IMG/VR virus record: IMGVR_UViG_2061766007_004155
DNA: 64,000 bases
Origin: an uncultured virus (IMG/VR IMGVR_UViG_2061766007_004155)
Taxonomy: Duplodnaviria > Heunggongvirae > Uroviricota > Caudoviricetes
Reading direction: 5' to 3' (one strand)
Shown: positions 31,939 through 43,745 of the stretch, piece by piece
How positions within the stretch are numbered: position 1 is the stretch's first letter
Layout: every line of letters starts with the position of its first letter
Program-made: the position numbers and the translations under genes
Notes under the pieces: generated by a model
Told to the model about the DNA's origin: nothing
The model's database searches: none
What the model saw: only the letters and a program-made list of their open reading frames with translations

Positions 31939-33075
31939 ATGGCTGTTTCTTTTAAGAAGAAATCACTGTTTTCTAAGGGAATTATTCATGCTGAGTTCTT
32001 TGACTCGGAAACCGATGACCTTATTGGCTATTCGGCATATGTAAGCAACTTTGGGCTTGCGGGTTCTATGAACAACGGCGAAGTCGCCGCTGGCCCAGGC
32101 TCCATGTTGGTAATGTGCATTCCTGATACAGCACGTCTTAACGTTACTGCACAGACCGCTGATACAGACCTGAACAGCCTCGCACTTCCTGTCGGTGGTA
32201 CGGTAGAAGGAAATGGCGTTATTGAGACTGTTATCGGTGTTGCAGCCACAGGCGCATCCCTGACTGTTTCTAACGCTGTCACTCCTTATGGTGGGAAGAA
32301 CGGAGCTGTCGCATATGTTCTCACATCCAGCGGTTCTGACAAAGCATCTGTTGAAGCTTCTTCAGGAATTGCTCACACTGTCAATCTTGACGGAACAATT
32401 GCCGATTTTACGGCTGTAAGTGGAAACACTTATTGCGTGAAGTATTTCGTTACGAACTCTTCCGCAGAAGTTCTTTCCATCCCTGCACTGTTTGCTCCGA
32501 AAGTGGTACGCGCTCACTTCGCTGTTAACCTGTATGCGAAAGAGGGCGGTAGCGATGTTATGTCTTCTTCTATCGTTGGCATTCGTCACTATTACTTCCC
32601 GTATTACTTCTTCACGGCAGCGATGAGTGAGACAGCTTCTCAGACCGAAACCGGAACAGTAGACCTGTCAGGCACATGCCTTACTTATGAAGAAGCAATT
32701 GAAGCAGGAAACTGCGCATCTATCGGCAATCAGCTTTATGGCTTCATTGTTGATGAGATGATTGGCGCGAATAGCTCCACTTCTAAGGTTGATGGACTTT
32801 ACTTCATCGGTCTTGGCGCTGGCGCCACCGTTGTGAGAACGCAGACAATTTCTCTGCCCATTAAGTACAGCGTAAATGGTGTTCTGACAAATATCTCTGA
32901 TATGAGTCAGGTAACATTCACAAGCTCTGATACAACGAAAGCTACTATTCCTGCTCACAGCAATGTGGCAACAGGCGTAGCAGCGGGCAACACAACGATC
33001 ACGGCATCTGTTACGAACTCTTCCACGGGGGCAACTTATACTGCTACCTGTGTGCTGACAGTAACAGCATCTTAA
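31939..33075 (+). CDS. Major tail tube protein with C-terminal Ig-like domain
   Basis: VTFTSSDTTKATI...ATGVAAGNTTITAS...ATCVLTVT; biased codon usage; followed by a hairpin. Confidence 0.75.
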   Translation: MAVSFKKKSLFSKGIIHAEFFDSETDDLIGYSAYVSNFGLAGSMNNGEVAAGPGSMLVMCIPDTARLNVTAQTADTDLNSLALPVGGTVEGNGVIETVIGVAATGASLTVSNAVTPYGGKNGAVAYVLTSSGSDKASVEASSGIAHTVNLDGTIADFTAVSGNTYCVKYFVTNSSAEVLSIPALFAPKVVRAHFAVNLYAKEGGSDVMSSSIVGIRHYYFPYYFFTAAMSETASQTETGTVDLSGTCLTYEEAIEAGNCASIGNQLYGFIVDEMIGANSSTSKVDGLYFIGLGAGATVVRTQTISLPIKYSVNGVLTNISDMSQVTFTSSDTTKATIPAHSNVATGVAAGNTTITASVTNSSTGATYTATCVLTVTAS

Positions 33076-33085
33076 AGAAGGCTTT

Positions 33086-33113
33086 AGCCCCTACTCTTTA
33101 TAGGGTAGGGGCA
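33086..33113 (+). terminator. Hairpin after major tail gene
   Basis: GCCCCTACTCT-loop-AGGGTAGGGGC. Confidence 0.6.
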
Positions 33114-33180
33114 ATGCCCTATAAACTTAAAAGTACGTTCACGATATGAACGCAGTTTTAAATTTACAGGGGTGATTAAA

Positions 33181-33558
33181 ATGTCCCTTTTATCCGATTA
33201 TACATCAATTATAAGACCGAAAATAGACAGCGCAATTTCTGATGCAATGTATGCGTGGGTAGACCCGTTTAAAGAGACTATAAATGAAGTGTCAGGGGAA
33301 TATGATGGGCCAAGCAGTAGACCAATGCTGTTCGGCGATGGAGAGTATTCCGAAGAAGTTGGAAGTGATTATGTTTCAATAACAAACATTACTCCAATGC
33401 AAGGCACAGATTACGGAGTGCCTGAAGTGGTATTTGTAGAAGAAGGATTGGCAAACTACAACATGCCTGGGGCAAGACCTTTTATGGAAGCAGCAGGAGC
33501 AAAATTCGCTGACGGAGAAGGGTCTACAATTCTACAGCAATATTTAGATAGTATATGA
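33181..33558 (+). CDS. HK97 gp10-like neck/tail protein
   Basis: FVEEG...MPGARPFMEAA motif. Confidence 0.6.
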   Translation: MSLLSDYTSIIRPKIDSAISDAMYAWVDPFKETINEVSGEYDGPSSRPMLFGDGEYSEEVGSDYVSITNITPMQGTDYGVPEVVFVEEGLANYNMPGARPFMEAAGAKFADGEGSTILQQYLDSI

Positions 33559-33582
33559 TACGCGATTAGAGGAGTGAACTGA

Positions 33583-36500
33583 ATGGCTGCAACAGTACAA
33601 GTAAATGTAAACGTTAATGATGCTGAAGCATTAGTTCGACTCAGCAACTTAGATACACAAATAGATGCTCTTAATAAAAAGAGCATAGACATCAAAGTAA
33701 ATACTGGCGGGGNNNNNNNNNNNNNNNNNNNNNNNNNNNNNNNNNNNNNNNNNNNCAAGCCGGTTTTTCTACATCACAACTTGGCGCACAAACAAAACTT
33801 ACTTCTCGAATCGTTGAAGGCGAAGTTGCTAAAGTAGTAGGAACTTGGGAACAAGGAATCGGGAAAACCGTTAAAGCGTCATCTGATGGCACAGTTCAGG
33901 TAACAGAAGATTATAAAAAGCAAGCAAAGGAATCTGAGAAAGCAGCTGCTGAACAAGAAGAAGCCACAGCAAAAGCATGGGCTGGAATAAAAAGAGTTAC
34001 CCAAATTGGAGCAGCAATTGCAACTGCGTTTATTGCTAAACAAGTAAAAGAATCTCTTGGCACGATGAAGGATGTTGACACTGAGCTTGCCAACATACGG
34101 AAGGTAACAGGGGAAAGCGAAGAAGCAATCGCAAAACTTGGGAATGAAGCATATGAAACGGCTTCAAAATATGGTGTAACAGCCACAGAATTTCTAAGTA
34201 GTGCGGCTGACTTCGCAAAAGCAGGATATGATAATTATTCTGCGCTTGCAGAATTAGCAATAAAAACTCAACTCGTCGGCGATGTTACTGATGAGACGGC
34301 TACGAAATTCCTTTTATCGGCAGATGCAGCTTATAAATTTGGCGGGAATGTAAGAAAACTTTCTACTGTACTTGATAGAGCGAACGTAATTGAAAACAAC
34401 TACGCGACCTCAATTTATAAGTTAGCAGAAGGACTCCCTGTTGTAGCTAGCACAGCATCAATGGCAAACATGTCTATTGATGAACTGATGGCCGCTCTCG
34501 GAACAATTACAGCAACAACTCAAGAAACAGGGCGTAAAGCAGCAACAGCACTTCGCGCCTTGATTATGAACATAACGAAACAGGTTGGTGAAGTATTAGA
34601 AGACGAAAACGGATCATTTGAAGTAACTGAAGAATCAGTTAAATCAATGACCGATGCATTGAGAAAATACGGATCAGAAGCAATTAAGGCGGCAATAGCT
34701 ACAGGAGATATTGTCGATCCTATGGAGGCTATACGCTCTCTGGCAACCGCATATCAAAATGGTGATTTGTCCAGAAGCGAACTGTTTGGAATACTAACAG
34801 ATGTTGGCGGTAAGCTTAGAACTAACCAATTAGCTGCCCTTGTCGAGAATTTTAGCATGTTTGAAGAGATGCTTGGTCTTGTAGAGAAATCTTCAGGAAG
34901 TGCAGACCAAGAAGTATCTATAATGCTCGACACATGGGAATCAAAAATTAACCAACTCGACAATACGTGGACTAAACTTGTATCGCATATAGCAGATACT
35001 TCTGCAATAAAAGGTGCAATTGAAGGAATTATTGGGTTAATTGATGGTTTAGATAGTGCTATTACAGCAATAAATGAAAACCAAGTTGAGAGGGCAGAGA
35101 GGAAGCAAGAAGAGGCAGAGAAAAGCTACGAAGATTTATTCGGAATCGGGGGAGAATACAGGGACGAATTAGATGCGTTAAGAGCTAACGCAGATAAATT
35201 AAATGAGTTCGATAGCAAAAGGCTTCAATACCTTACTGAGCAAGAAGCAGCAATGCGCAAACAGGTTACTGATGCGCAAGAATTAACAAAAGCTCAGAAG
35301 GTAGATTATCTTAATGAAACCGTGTATGGAGACATGGTATATGAAAACGGTGAATTTGCTTATCAGGAAGAATTCACACGGGCATATGCACAACTCCAAG
35401 CGTTTCAGAAAGATTTTAATGAAGCTGTTGTCGATGACGGCTCAAAAAACAAACGGCAAATTTCCGAAGCATTAAACGGAATGCTTTCCGAATACAGCGA
35501 ATTCTACGGATTAATAAAAGGTTTACGTGATGAGGGCGTAGATGTAGGAGAAGACGCTGAAGCTTTTGCAAAAGCATATGAAAGCGCAATGACAAGGGCA
35601 ACGCAAGCTACACGGGAAGCTGCTGAAGAAGAAAAACAATTTGGAGAGCTAACACTCAAAGAACGGTTTGAGCTTTATAGTGGAGACAAAACAGAGCTTG
35701 AAGAACTTGCACAGATGGAGGCTGAAGAAGCCTTATCTGAAGCATTTGAAGAGCCGATTGAAGTTGATGTTCCTGTCTCTCCACATATAGACTTTGAGTT
35801 TGATGGTTCGTTCTTCCATGACAATGACGTTCTTGATGAAGTAAATGATTTTTTGCGCGATCAAGAAGAAGGGGCAGAACTTCAGTTAAAGATTTCCAAT
35901 GTCAGTGAAACAGAGGATGACATTGACGGAATAGTTAGTGCCTTAGAAGATGTCCCTGGTATTACTGACGTAAAATTTGAAGATAACGCAATTACTTGCG
36001 AAGGGAATGTAGATGCTCTACATGAAGCAATAAATGCGTTGCCTTCAAGCAAGACCATCACTATTTCACTTGTAACTGTTGGGTCACTCCCTGACGTTAC
36101 TCCACATGCGAGTGGTACAAGAAATGCTTCTGGCGGTCTTTCTCTTGTTAATGAGCTTGGGCCTGAATTAATTTCTGATAACGGAAAAGCATACATTGCA
36201 AATGGCGGTAAACCAGCAATAGTAAACCTCGGTAAAGGCGCTATTGTTCTTACCGCAGAAGAGACACGTCATGCATTAGGAAACGCCGCAATAAATAGTG
36301 GTATTAATGCCTATGCTTCAGGACTGTTTAACCAAACAACAAGTGGGAAAACAAGCCAAATACTAATTACTTTGCCAGCTGGGGAGCAGAAGCAATTTAA
36401 TTTAGGAAACACAAGAACAGGGCTTCTTACTATATCAAGCTTAAAGAAAGACAGCGGAAGCACAGATTCTGGCAACGGTTCGGGAGGCTCAGGAGGCTCA

Positions 36501-37631
36501 GGAGGCTCAGGAGGCTCAGGAGGTTCGGGAGGGTCAAAAAATGATGACGATTCAGAACCATCAAATCCTTGGGATGATAAAGAGAAAAAGCTTAAAGAAG
36601 AGCTTGAAGCATTAGAAGAACTTGCTGAGTGGTATCACAACCAAAAGAAACACGAAGACGAGCAAGCAACCTATCAGAAAGCCATTGAAAAAGTAGATGC
36701 TCTTAGAAAAGAGTATCTAAATGCAGGGTTTGATGAGACGGCAAAAGAAGTAACCACTCTTGCAAATAAGATTTTCGATTACGAAGAGGATGTTGCAGAC
36801 GCAAAAGCCCACGCAATTGAAGACCTTGAAGATGAGTTAGACATTCTTGAATCTCAGATTGAACTTGCAGAAAACCAAGGTGATCTGAACAGAATGTTAG
36901 AGCTTCAGAATGAAGCTCAGAAAAAAGTAGCTGAATTAATTGGCGCATATAGGGCAGCGGGATTCAGTGACACATCTCCTGAAATACTAAAATTGGCGAA
37001 CATGGGATTTGATTATGCATCGAATTCAGGCTCGACAATGAAAGACCTGTGGAAGAACCTGATAGATGCTATCAACGATATGCAGGACACGCAGGACGAT
37101 GCGAATGAACTTGCTGAGAAACAATTAGCTGTAGACGAAGCAAGGGAAGCCCTTCAAAATGCGCAGAATCAGCGTACAGTACGTATTTTCAACCCCGTAA
37201 CAGGGCAATGGGAATGGGTAGCTGATTCAAAATCAGTCCAACAGGCAGAAGAAAGCCTTAAAAAAGCCGAAGAATCGCTCCTGAAAGAGCAACAATCTCA
37301 GGAACTTGATGCGATTAAGAAAGCGATGGAGAACGGCGGTTCTCTGAACGATGTAACGATTGGGCCTGGAATTTCCGCTTTGCTATCAGGCGCAAGCCTT
37401 GAACAAACAAATGCTTTTGCTTCTGCTTTGGGTGTTCTTTCGGGCGGTTTAGGACTTTCGGCAGATACAAGTTCTAAATCTATCTTTGATTCTGTTGATA
37501 GCCACGATAACGTGACACAGTACACATTTAACGGCGTAACGATTGACGCAGCTACAGCAGAGAATACCACGCTTGCTGAACTTACAAGAATGATTACTCC
37601 TTTGGCACTTACAACAAATATGCCAGCTTGA
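33583..37631 (+). CDS. Tail tape measure protein (gapped near 5' end)
   Basis: TP901-like TMP core (VDTELANIRKVTG...); frame is open from the gap at 33756 into ORF 34065-37631; also contains LVNELGPEL. Confidence 0.9.
36483..36536 (+). repeat. 9-bp tandem repeat GGAGGCTCA encoding a (GGS)n linker
   Basis: Four exact and two degenerate units. Confidence 0.85.
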
Positions 37632-37646
37632 TAGGCGGTGAATATC

Positions 37647-37946
37647 ATGGGAGTAAATGACGGAGTGGCGTTTTGGAACGCCTTAAAAGCAAAGATTAAA
37701 TCACTTATCAAGCAGGAAACATCGAACTGCTTTAAGGTAGCAAGGTACGATGTGACGAGCGCCCCCGATGGAACGACTATCGGGGTGACGCTCCCTGAAG
37801 GCAACAAGGAAATACAAATACCGTACTCACAGGAAGTAAGTACAGCGGTAATTGGTGATACGGTATTAGTCGGTTGGTATGGATCACTTTCAACAGCAAG
37901 AGCAATTTGGTTCGGGAAAGGATTTGAAGGGCAACCGTTGGAATAA
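37647..37946 (+). CDS. Putative baseplate/tail protein (OB-like)
   Basis: IGDTVLVGWY pattern; follows TMP. Confidence 0.45.
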   Translation: MGVNDGVAFWNALKAKIKSLIKQETSNCFKVARYDVTSAPDGTTIGVTLPEGNKEIQIPYSQEVSTAVIGDTVLVGWYGSLSTARAIWFGKGFEGQPLE

Positions 37947-37973
37947 ATTAAGGCATAAAGGAGTAATGAATTT

Positions 37974-38708
37974 ATGGCTTCATACAATTTAGGGCAAGCG
38001 GCGATAATTAATAGAGGAGCTTACTCACCGTCAGCAACCTACAATCAGTTGAATACCGTATCACATCGTGGCGGTACGTTCATGTGTATTGTTAGCTGTT
38101 CCAATATTGAGCCGGGAGTTAATGCAACATGGAGAAACTATTGGGTGCAGACAGCTATCGGCGTGTATTCTGGTGCAGTTACTGCAACAGGCTCAAATGT
38201 AACAGTAACTTTTACAATGTCAGACGGGACAACAATTCCTCTGACATATCCTGCAACAGCTATAGCGGCAAACACTATAACGAACGCAATGTTGGCAGAG
38301 TTAATTGCTGTAGAGCATGGCGGAACAGGCGCAAATACTGTGGATGGCGCACTGACAAACCTTGGTATACCGACACCATTTAGCGTTGCAAATGGAGGGA
38401 CGGGCGCTGACAATGCCGATGACGCAAGAGGAAATATAAATGCACAAGTACAGGCAGTTACATATGCTGTTTCACTTGCGGGTGGTGCTTCTTCGTGGAC
38501 AAAGACGACGGATATAAACAGCCAACCGTTAACAGACATATTGTCGGGAAGCAATTTGGTTGTAGCTCCTGCTCCTGCATCGTGGGCGGATTATAGAAAC
38601 TATGGCGTTAGGATGACAGCACAAGCAGACCATTCTGTAACGTTTACTGCGGAGACAGCAGTTCCGTCGGGGACGAATCTCACAGTCAATATCCTTGTGT
38701 TCAACTGA
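37974..38708 (+). CDS. Tail fibre-like protein
   Basis: Repeated VEHGGTGA/VANGGTGA motifs. Confidence 0.7.
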   Translation: MASYNLGQAAIINRGAYSPSATYNQLNTVSHRGGTFMCIVSCSNIEPGVNATWRNYWVQTAIGVYSGAVTATGSNVTVTFTMSDGTTIPLTYPATAIAANTITNAMLAELIAVEHGGTGANTVDGALTNLGIPTPFSVANGGTGADNADDARGNINAQVQAVTYAVSLAGGASSWTKTTDINSQPLTDILSGSNLVVAPAPASWADYRNYGVRMTAQADHSVTFTAETAVPSGTNLTVNILVFN

Positions 38709-38735
38709 TAATACTCCGCAGGAAGGGGGCGTACC

Positions 38736-40370
38736 ATGTTATTTCAGCCAACAAACATTGTTCCTGATGAAGTGAACGGGCAAGGCTGTGTTGATGTTAC
38801 AGAAGACTTAGAGGTTAGTTGGCAAGTTAACGGCGACAGCCCAATGGTTTCTTACCAAATAACAATCTATGAGAATAGTGCTACGTCCACTGAGCTTTTC
38901 TCGACAGATGAGATTTCTCTTGATGAACCGTTTTGGGGAAGAGACGAAAACGGAGATATTCAGCGTTTTTCGGCAATTATTGAATCATCTGATTTGTCAA
39001 CAGCAGGAATAGTTAACGGGAACGAATACAAACTCATGATAACTCAGTGGTGGGATTCCGAAAATAGCGTTACACAATTGACAGCTTCTGTCTTCGTTAC
39101 AAGGGATGCGCCACAGCTTGCAATTAATTCTTTTATCATCCCTGTTACTACGAAATCTCAAACATTTGAAGCTTCATATTATCAAGCGCAGGGAGATGCA
39201 ATCAACAGTGTAAGGTGGATGGTTGCTGAAGCGGCTGATGAAAGCAATCCTTTGCTTGATACAGGCGACATTGAGGGTACAGGAATCCTGAGAGTTGCTT
39301 ATGACGGCTTCTTTACAGGAATTAGATATGCAGTCCGATGCATTGTAACAACACAATATAACATTGTGGCTGATACAGGATGGGATGAGTTCGATGTTGA
39401 GTATTCCCTTATACAAACGACAGGAACTGCTACAGCTTGTCAGTTATCTTATACGAATGCTGTGTTTATTCAGTGGGATAAGATACCAAACGCCTACGGA
39501 TACTCTGTAATGAGGCAGAAAATTGGGGAAACAAGGCTCACAAAAGTCGTTGATGTAGATAACACAGTTGGTCAAATTCGAGATTACGAAGCACAATCAA
39601 ACGAATCTTATATCTATTATGTATATCCTGTCGGGCAAGTGTCTTTCCTGTCCGGCCCGATGGTAACAGAACAGGTAAATGTAAAATTTTGGTTTTGGAC
39701 GATACTTGAAGCGGTTGAAACGAGCAAAAATGTGTTCACAGCCATTGCAGCTCACTACTTCAGATACGCTGATGGCGGTGTAAAAGAGGGAGCAATCTCC
39801 AATAATAACACGCCAAACATCGAAAAGAACTTCACAAAGTATCCAACAAGGCAAGGTGTGACCGCAAACTACAAAACAGGAAGTTTGACAGGATATATCG
39901 GCTCTATAACCGAAGATACGCACGAATACACCGATACTGTCAAGGAAGTTGATAAAGTAATGGCTTTGTCTTCTTCAAAAAACACGCTGTTTTTGATTGA
40001 TCCTAAAGGACATTTCATAAGAATTCATACAAGCGGCGCCATTACATCGCAAACTCAGGTAGAGAAAAACGTTATGCCTCAGTCAGTTACTGTTCCTTGG
40101 GTTGAGATTGGGCCAGCAGAAGGGATTACAGTTACATCTACACCTGAAGATACATTCTACCCAACAGATAACATTATTTTCACTACTTTGTACATAGATA
40201 TTACGACAGGTGCGCTGATGTGGAATGTCCCGAACAACTATTCAAACGGTTCTATGCTGTCTCTTAACAGCAACGGGGCATTAATTCAGACAGCAAGCGG
40301 CTCATTTACTGAAGCAACGATGACGATGAACGCTACGACAAAGATTGTTACAGCTACTCTCGATGATTAA
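38736..40370 (+). CDS. Tail/baseplate protein with FN3-like segments
   Basis: VSWQVN..YQITIY and DYEAQSNESYIYYVYP patterns. Confidence 0.6.
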   Translation: MLFQPTNIVPDEVNGQGCVDVTEDLEVSWQVNGDSPMVSYQITIYENSATSTELFSTDEISLDEPFWGRDENGDIQRFSAIIESSDLSTAGIVNGNEYKLMITQWWDSENSVTQLTASVFVTRDAPQLAINSFIIPVTTKSQTFEASYYQAQGDAINSVRWMVAEAADESNPLLDTGDIEGTGILRVAYDGFFTGIRYAVRCIVTTQYNIVADTGWDEFDVEYSLIQTTGTATACQLSYTNAVFIQWDKIPNAYGYSVMRQKIGETRLTKVVDVDNTVGQIRDYEAQSNESYIYYVYPVGQVSFLSGPMVTEQVNVKFWFWTILEAVETSKNVFTAIAAHYFRYADGGVKEGAISNNNTPNIEKNFTKYPTRQGVTANYKTGSLTGYIGSITEDTHEYTDTVKEVDKVMALSSSKNTLFLIDPKGHFIRIHTSGAITSQTQVEKNVMPQSVTVPWVEIGPAEGITVTSTPEDTFYPTDNIIFTTLYIDITTGALMWNVPNNYSNGSMLSLNSNGALIQTASGSFTEATMTMNATTKIVTATLDD

Positions 40371-40402
40371 TACGGTAAAAATACGGGAAGGAGTGAACAG
40401 AC

Positions 40403-41713
40403 ACGAATAATAGATATGCGGAGTATTTAGAAGCACTCAAAACCGATTTTACCAAAATTGCGAAGTTAGAGTTCCTTAATCCGAACGGAAGCGTAGCGTT
40501 TTCCGTCGATAATAACCCAAGAAATTCACGTTCTGGAGCGTTTTTGCAGAGCGGAACAATCACTTGTAACCTTCAGAACGGGAAAAGAAGACAAGCTTCT
40601 GTGACGTTGGCAAACGCAGACGGAGAGTTTGATTATGCTGTAAACAACCTGTGGTTTGGACAACAGGTAAGGCTTTCTGAGGGGTTAATTCTTCCTGACG
40701 GTACAGATTATTATATTAGCCAAGGCATTTTTGAGTTAGAAACGCCAAAAGAAAGCATACAACCAGGGCAAAATCGCATTACTTATACACTTACAGACAA
40801 GTGGGCGAACCTCGACGGAACTCTTTTAGGCAATCTCGAAGACGTTTATGAAGTTGATGCAGGGACAAATATTTTTCAGGCAATGGCATCAATTTTGAAG
40901 CTTGGTAAGTACAATGCGGAGAACGACAGCGTATATCCGATTGATTCAATTACGCCTCTGTTCACAAATTACTATAACGATAAGACGCAAACGCTTACTG
41001 ACGGAACAGTTGTGAACCTGATTGATGCTCCATATGACTTCATAAGCGATGCTTCAGGTACATATGCTGACGTTTTGCTTGGCTTGGCAGAAATGTTAGC
41101 GGCGTGGATTGGGTACAACTCAAACGGTAGATTGGTAGTTGATGCTTCTCAGGAAGACATAGATGACGCTGATAAACCTACGTTGTGGGACTACTCAATG
41201 GATGAAAAACAGCTTCTTGGCATTGATTATACCCACAAAAACACCGAAGTTTACAACGATATTATTGTTGTAGGGGCTACAGGGGATGACAATTTCACCC
41301 CACGTGGAAGAGCGCAGGACACTGACCCGAAATCTTCAACATGTATCAGCAGAGTAGGTCTGAAAACGAAACGGATAGAGATGACTAACTACTACTCAAA
41401 TGATATTTGTCAGTCTTATGCGGATTGGATGCTGAAACGGTATTCTGTGTTGCAAAAATCCGTAACTGTTACTTCAACGCAAATGTTCCACATATCAGAA
41501 AACAGCCTGATAACGCTGAAAAGATCAGATAAAGATGGTTCTCCAAAGGAAAGACACCTGATTCAGAGCTTTTCAAGACCGATTGGGCAGACGGGGAACA
41601 TGACAATTGAAGCAGTCAGCGTAAAAGACCTTCCGCGTCCGTCGATAACATACATGAGCTTTATTGCGGGTATTGCTATTGCGGGATGGACAAAAGCTGG
41701 AACGATTTCCTGA
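40403..41713 (+). CDS. Baseplate hub-like protein (apparent ACG start)
   Basis: Frame open from 40397; RBS AAGGAGTG precedes ACG at 40403; VYNDIIVVG motif. Confidence 0.55.
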   Translation, partial: TNNRYAEYLEALKTDFTKIAKLEFLNPNGSVAFSVDNNPRNSRSGAFLQSGTITCNLQNGKRRQASVTLANADGEFDYAVNNLWFGQQVRLSEGLILPDGTDYYISQGIFELETPKESIQPGQNRITYTLTDKWANLDGTLLGNLEDVYEVDAGTNIFQAMASILKLGKYNAENDSVYPIDSITPLFTNYYNDKTQTLTDGTVVNLIDAPYDFISDASGTYADVLLGLAEMLAAWIGYNSNGRLVVDASQEDIDDADKPTLWDYSMDEKQLLGIDYTHKNTEVYNDIIVVGATGDDNFTPRGRAQDTDPKSSTCISRVGLKTKRIEMTNYYSNDICQSYADWMLKRYSVLQKSVTVTSTQMFHISENSLITLKRSDKDGSPKERHLIQSFSRPIGQTGNMTIEAVSVKDLPRPSITYMSFIAGIAIAGWTKAGTIS

Positions 41714-41730
41714 AAAGTGAGGGTTAATAT

Positions 41731-42036
41731 ATGGCTTTTTTCAAACAAACATTTGTTGACGGCGTAACAGTCGTAACAGCAGCGTGGCTAAACGGCATAC
41801 AGGAAGTCGTTGGAGCAGAGGCTGTTGCGCCTGAGTATAGCCCAAATCAAACATACGCAAAAGATTCTTTAGTTGCTCACGATGGGAAGCTGTATACGAA
41901 TCCAAATGCGATTGCAGCACCCGAACCGTGGACAGCAGGACATTGGACAGAAACATCTTTACAAGCTCTGTTGGATAGTAAAGCGAATGCGTTTGATACT
42001 ATTACAAATGAGCAGATAGATGCTCTCTACGGATAG
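41731..42036 (+). CDS. Small tail-associated protein with carbohydrate-binding-like module
   Basis: VTAAWLNGIQ; YSPNQTYAKDSLVAHDGKLY; C-terminal ITNEQIDALY. Confidence 0.6.
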   Translation: MAFFKQTFVDGVTVVTAAWLNGIQEVVGAEAVAPEYSPNQTYAKDSLVAHDGKLYTNPNAIAAPEPWTAGHWTETSLQALLDSKANAFDTITNEQIDALYG

Positions 42037-42051
42037 TCATAAGGTAATGTT

Positions 42052-42309
42052 ATGAGGACTAAAACTGTTTTGGCAAAAGATTGGCATAGAGTGCCAAGGT
42101 ATCAGGATTACCCATACATGGCCACAATCAAAATTGAGAAAGCAACATCTGATATGTTCCCGTATACGGAATTTGAAAAGGATGAAGCTGAATCAGGAAA
42201 CTATGCAGAGATATGCGAATCCTTTAACGGTGGCGTTTATATCTTTGCTAAAGAACCCCCTGAGAAAGACATAACAGTTAATGTATCACTATTTAAAGGT
42301 GGAATATGA
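42052..42309 (+). CDS. Small tail-associated beta-domain protein (paralog 1)
   Basis: YPYMATI...SGNYAEICESFNGGVYIFAKE. Confidence 0.6.
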   Translation: MRTKTVLAKDWHRVPRYQDYPYMATIKIEKATSDMFPYTEFEKDEAESGNYAEICESFNGGVYIFAKEPPEKDITVNVSLFKGGI

Positions 42310-42312
42310 ACT

Positions 42313-42810
42313 ATGGCTAAGAAGAAGTTGAGCTACAAAGAGAAGATATCTCTCTTAACGGAATACATCTCCGGCGCTCCTTATAAAAAGGGGAAGAGGG
42401 TAATTAAAGATACAGTAGTTTACAGGGCTTTAGTTGACATAGAAGAGGGAGAACCGTGGACTCCTAAACATTGGAAGCTGACAAAGTATGATGAATACGT
42501 TGGGAAAGCAGAAAATGATTTCTTGGAGTTCAAAGACATAAAAGTGATCCCTTCTGCGTGGTATGAATGGAGTCCAAAAGATAATGCGCATAAAGAACTG
42601 TTTAAAACATATCCTTACCGCGCATTCCTGAGTTGCAAAGGCGTTACAGAGAACATGATGCCTTATGTTGTATTTAGTTCGTCTGAAGCATTGAGCGGGA
42701 AATTTGCGAATATAGCCGAATCTGTGCGAAAAGGCGTTTATATATATTCAAAGGACAAGCCAACAGATAAGATTATAGTTCCGTTGGTTAAGTGCCTTAT
42801 AGAAACTTGA
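42313..42810 (+). CDS. Two-module tail-associated protein (paralog 2)
   Basis: N-half resembles 41731 module; C-half YPYRAF...SGKFANIAES...GVYIYSK. Confidence 0.6.
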   Translation: MAKKKLSYKEKISLLTEYISGAPYKKGKRVIKDTVVYRALVDIEEGEPWTPKHWKLTKYDEYVGKAENDFLEFKDIKVIPSAWYEWSPKDNAHKELFKTYPYRAFLSCKGVTENMMPYVVFSSSEALSGKFANIAESVRKGVYIYSKDKPTDKIIVPLVKCLIET

Positions 42811-42830
42811 AGAACAGGAGGAATTAGAAA

Positions 42831-43295
42831 GTGCAATGTTCTCATGCTTATAAAATCGCAAACAGCAAATATATTTTCTGCGATATTGAAGGAACTCCAA
42901 CGTCAACTTCAAGCAATGAAGCAATTGCTCCTTATCTGTGTATATATCAGAATTTCCCGCCATTGGGGAATGGGAATATAGCAAACACAGTAGGATGGCA
43001 GGATTGCCCCAAACTGCAAGAAGCAGAGAGCCATGAAAAAACGGTTCTTGTAGCTGATTGGGTTGCAGACGGAACGTATGAGGATTATCCATATCGCGCA
43101 GCTATTCCCATGCAGGGTGCAACAACAGACAATTTCCCGTATGTAGAATTTCAGCAGAACGAACAGGAATCGGGGAATTACGCCGATGTGTGTATGTCTT
43201 ATGACGGCGGTGTTTATATCTTCTGTAAAGAGATTCCTTCAACAGCAATCAAAGTTTTTGTTTATCTCTTTATTGAGGATGGTGAAGTTGAATGA
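42831..43295 (+). CDS. Two-module tail-associated protein (paralog 3)
   Basis: N-half resembles ORF 29473; C-half YPYRAAI...SGNYADVCMSYDGGVYIFCKE. Confidence 0.6.
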   Translation: MQCSHAYKIANSKYIFCDIEGTPTSTSSNEAIAPYLCIYQNFPPLGNGNIANTVGWQDCPKLQEAESHEKTVLVADWVADGTYEDYPYRAAIPMQGATTDNFPYVEFQQNEQESGNYADVCMSYDGGVYIFCKEIPSTAIKVFVYLFIEDGEVE

Positions 43296-43582
43296 TAGGG
43301 CGTACTAATGCTCTGGTAAGAGCGCTTGTAAGCAGTGTAAACGGTATGTCAGGCGTTGTCATTTTAAACGCGAATATAATATACGATCCATCTGAGACAT
43401 ATGATCCGGATACAATCGGGGCGGAGTTAAAAAACTTTATTACAAATGAAAGCATTGATTCTTTGTATGGAGAAGTGATACCGCCGTCTGAAGAAGGAAC
43501 AGAAGACAATGAGAATGAAATACCTGATGATACAAACAATGACGCAGAAGAAACTTCAGAAGAGGAGGAACAGACAGAATGA
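43292..43582 (+). CDS. Small tail-associated protein
   Basis: VSSVNGMSGVVIL fibre motif; ITNESIDSLY. Confidence 0.6.
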   Translation: MIGRTNALVRALVSSVNGMSGVVILNANIIYDPSETYDPDTIGAELKNFITNESIDSLYGEVIPPSEEGTEDNENEIPDDTNNDAEETSEEEEQTE

Positions 43583-43734
43583 CGTATATTGATGGAACAT
43601 ACTACGGAACATCAACAGAGACAAAACCGACTGACATTAATGAGCCAGCATTTTGGTGGAACATCGACAATACTGACGAACATAAAGTTTATCAGTTCGA
43701 GCCTGAATCAAAACAGTGGATTCCGCAGGATTGA
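43579..43734 (+). CDS. Small phage protein (51 aa, not in ORF track)
   Basis: GAGGAGG RBS; MTYIDGTYYGTSTETKPTD...KVYQFEPESKQWIPQD. Confidence 0.6.
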   Translation: MTYIDGTYYGTSTETKPTDINEPAFWWNIDNTDEHKVYQFEPESKQWIPQD

Positions 43735-43745
43735 GGTGAGCAGAT

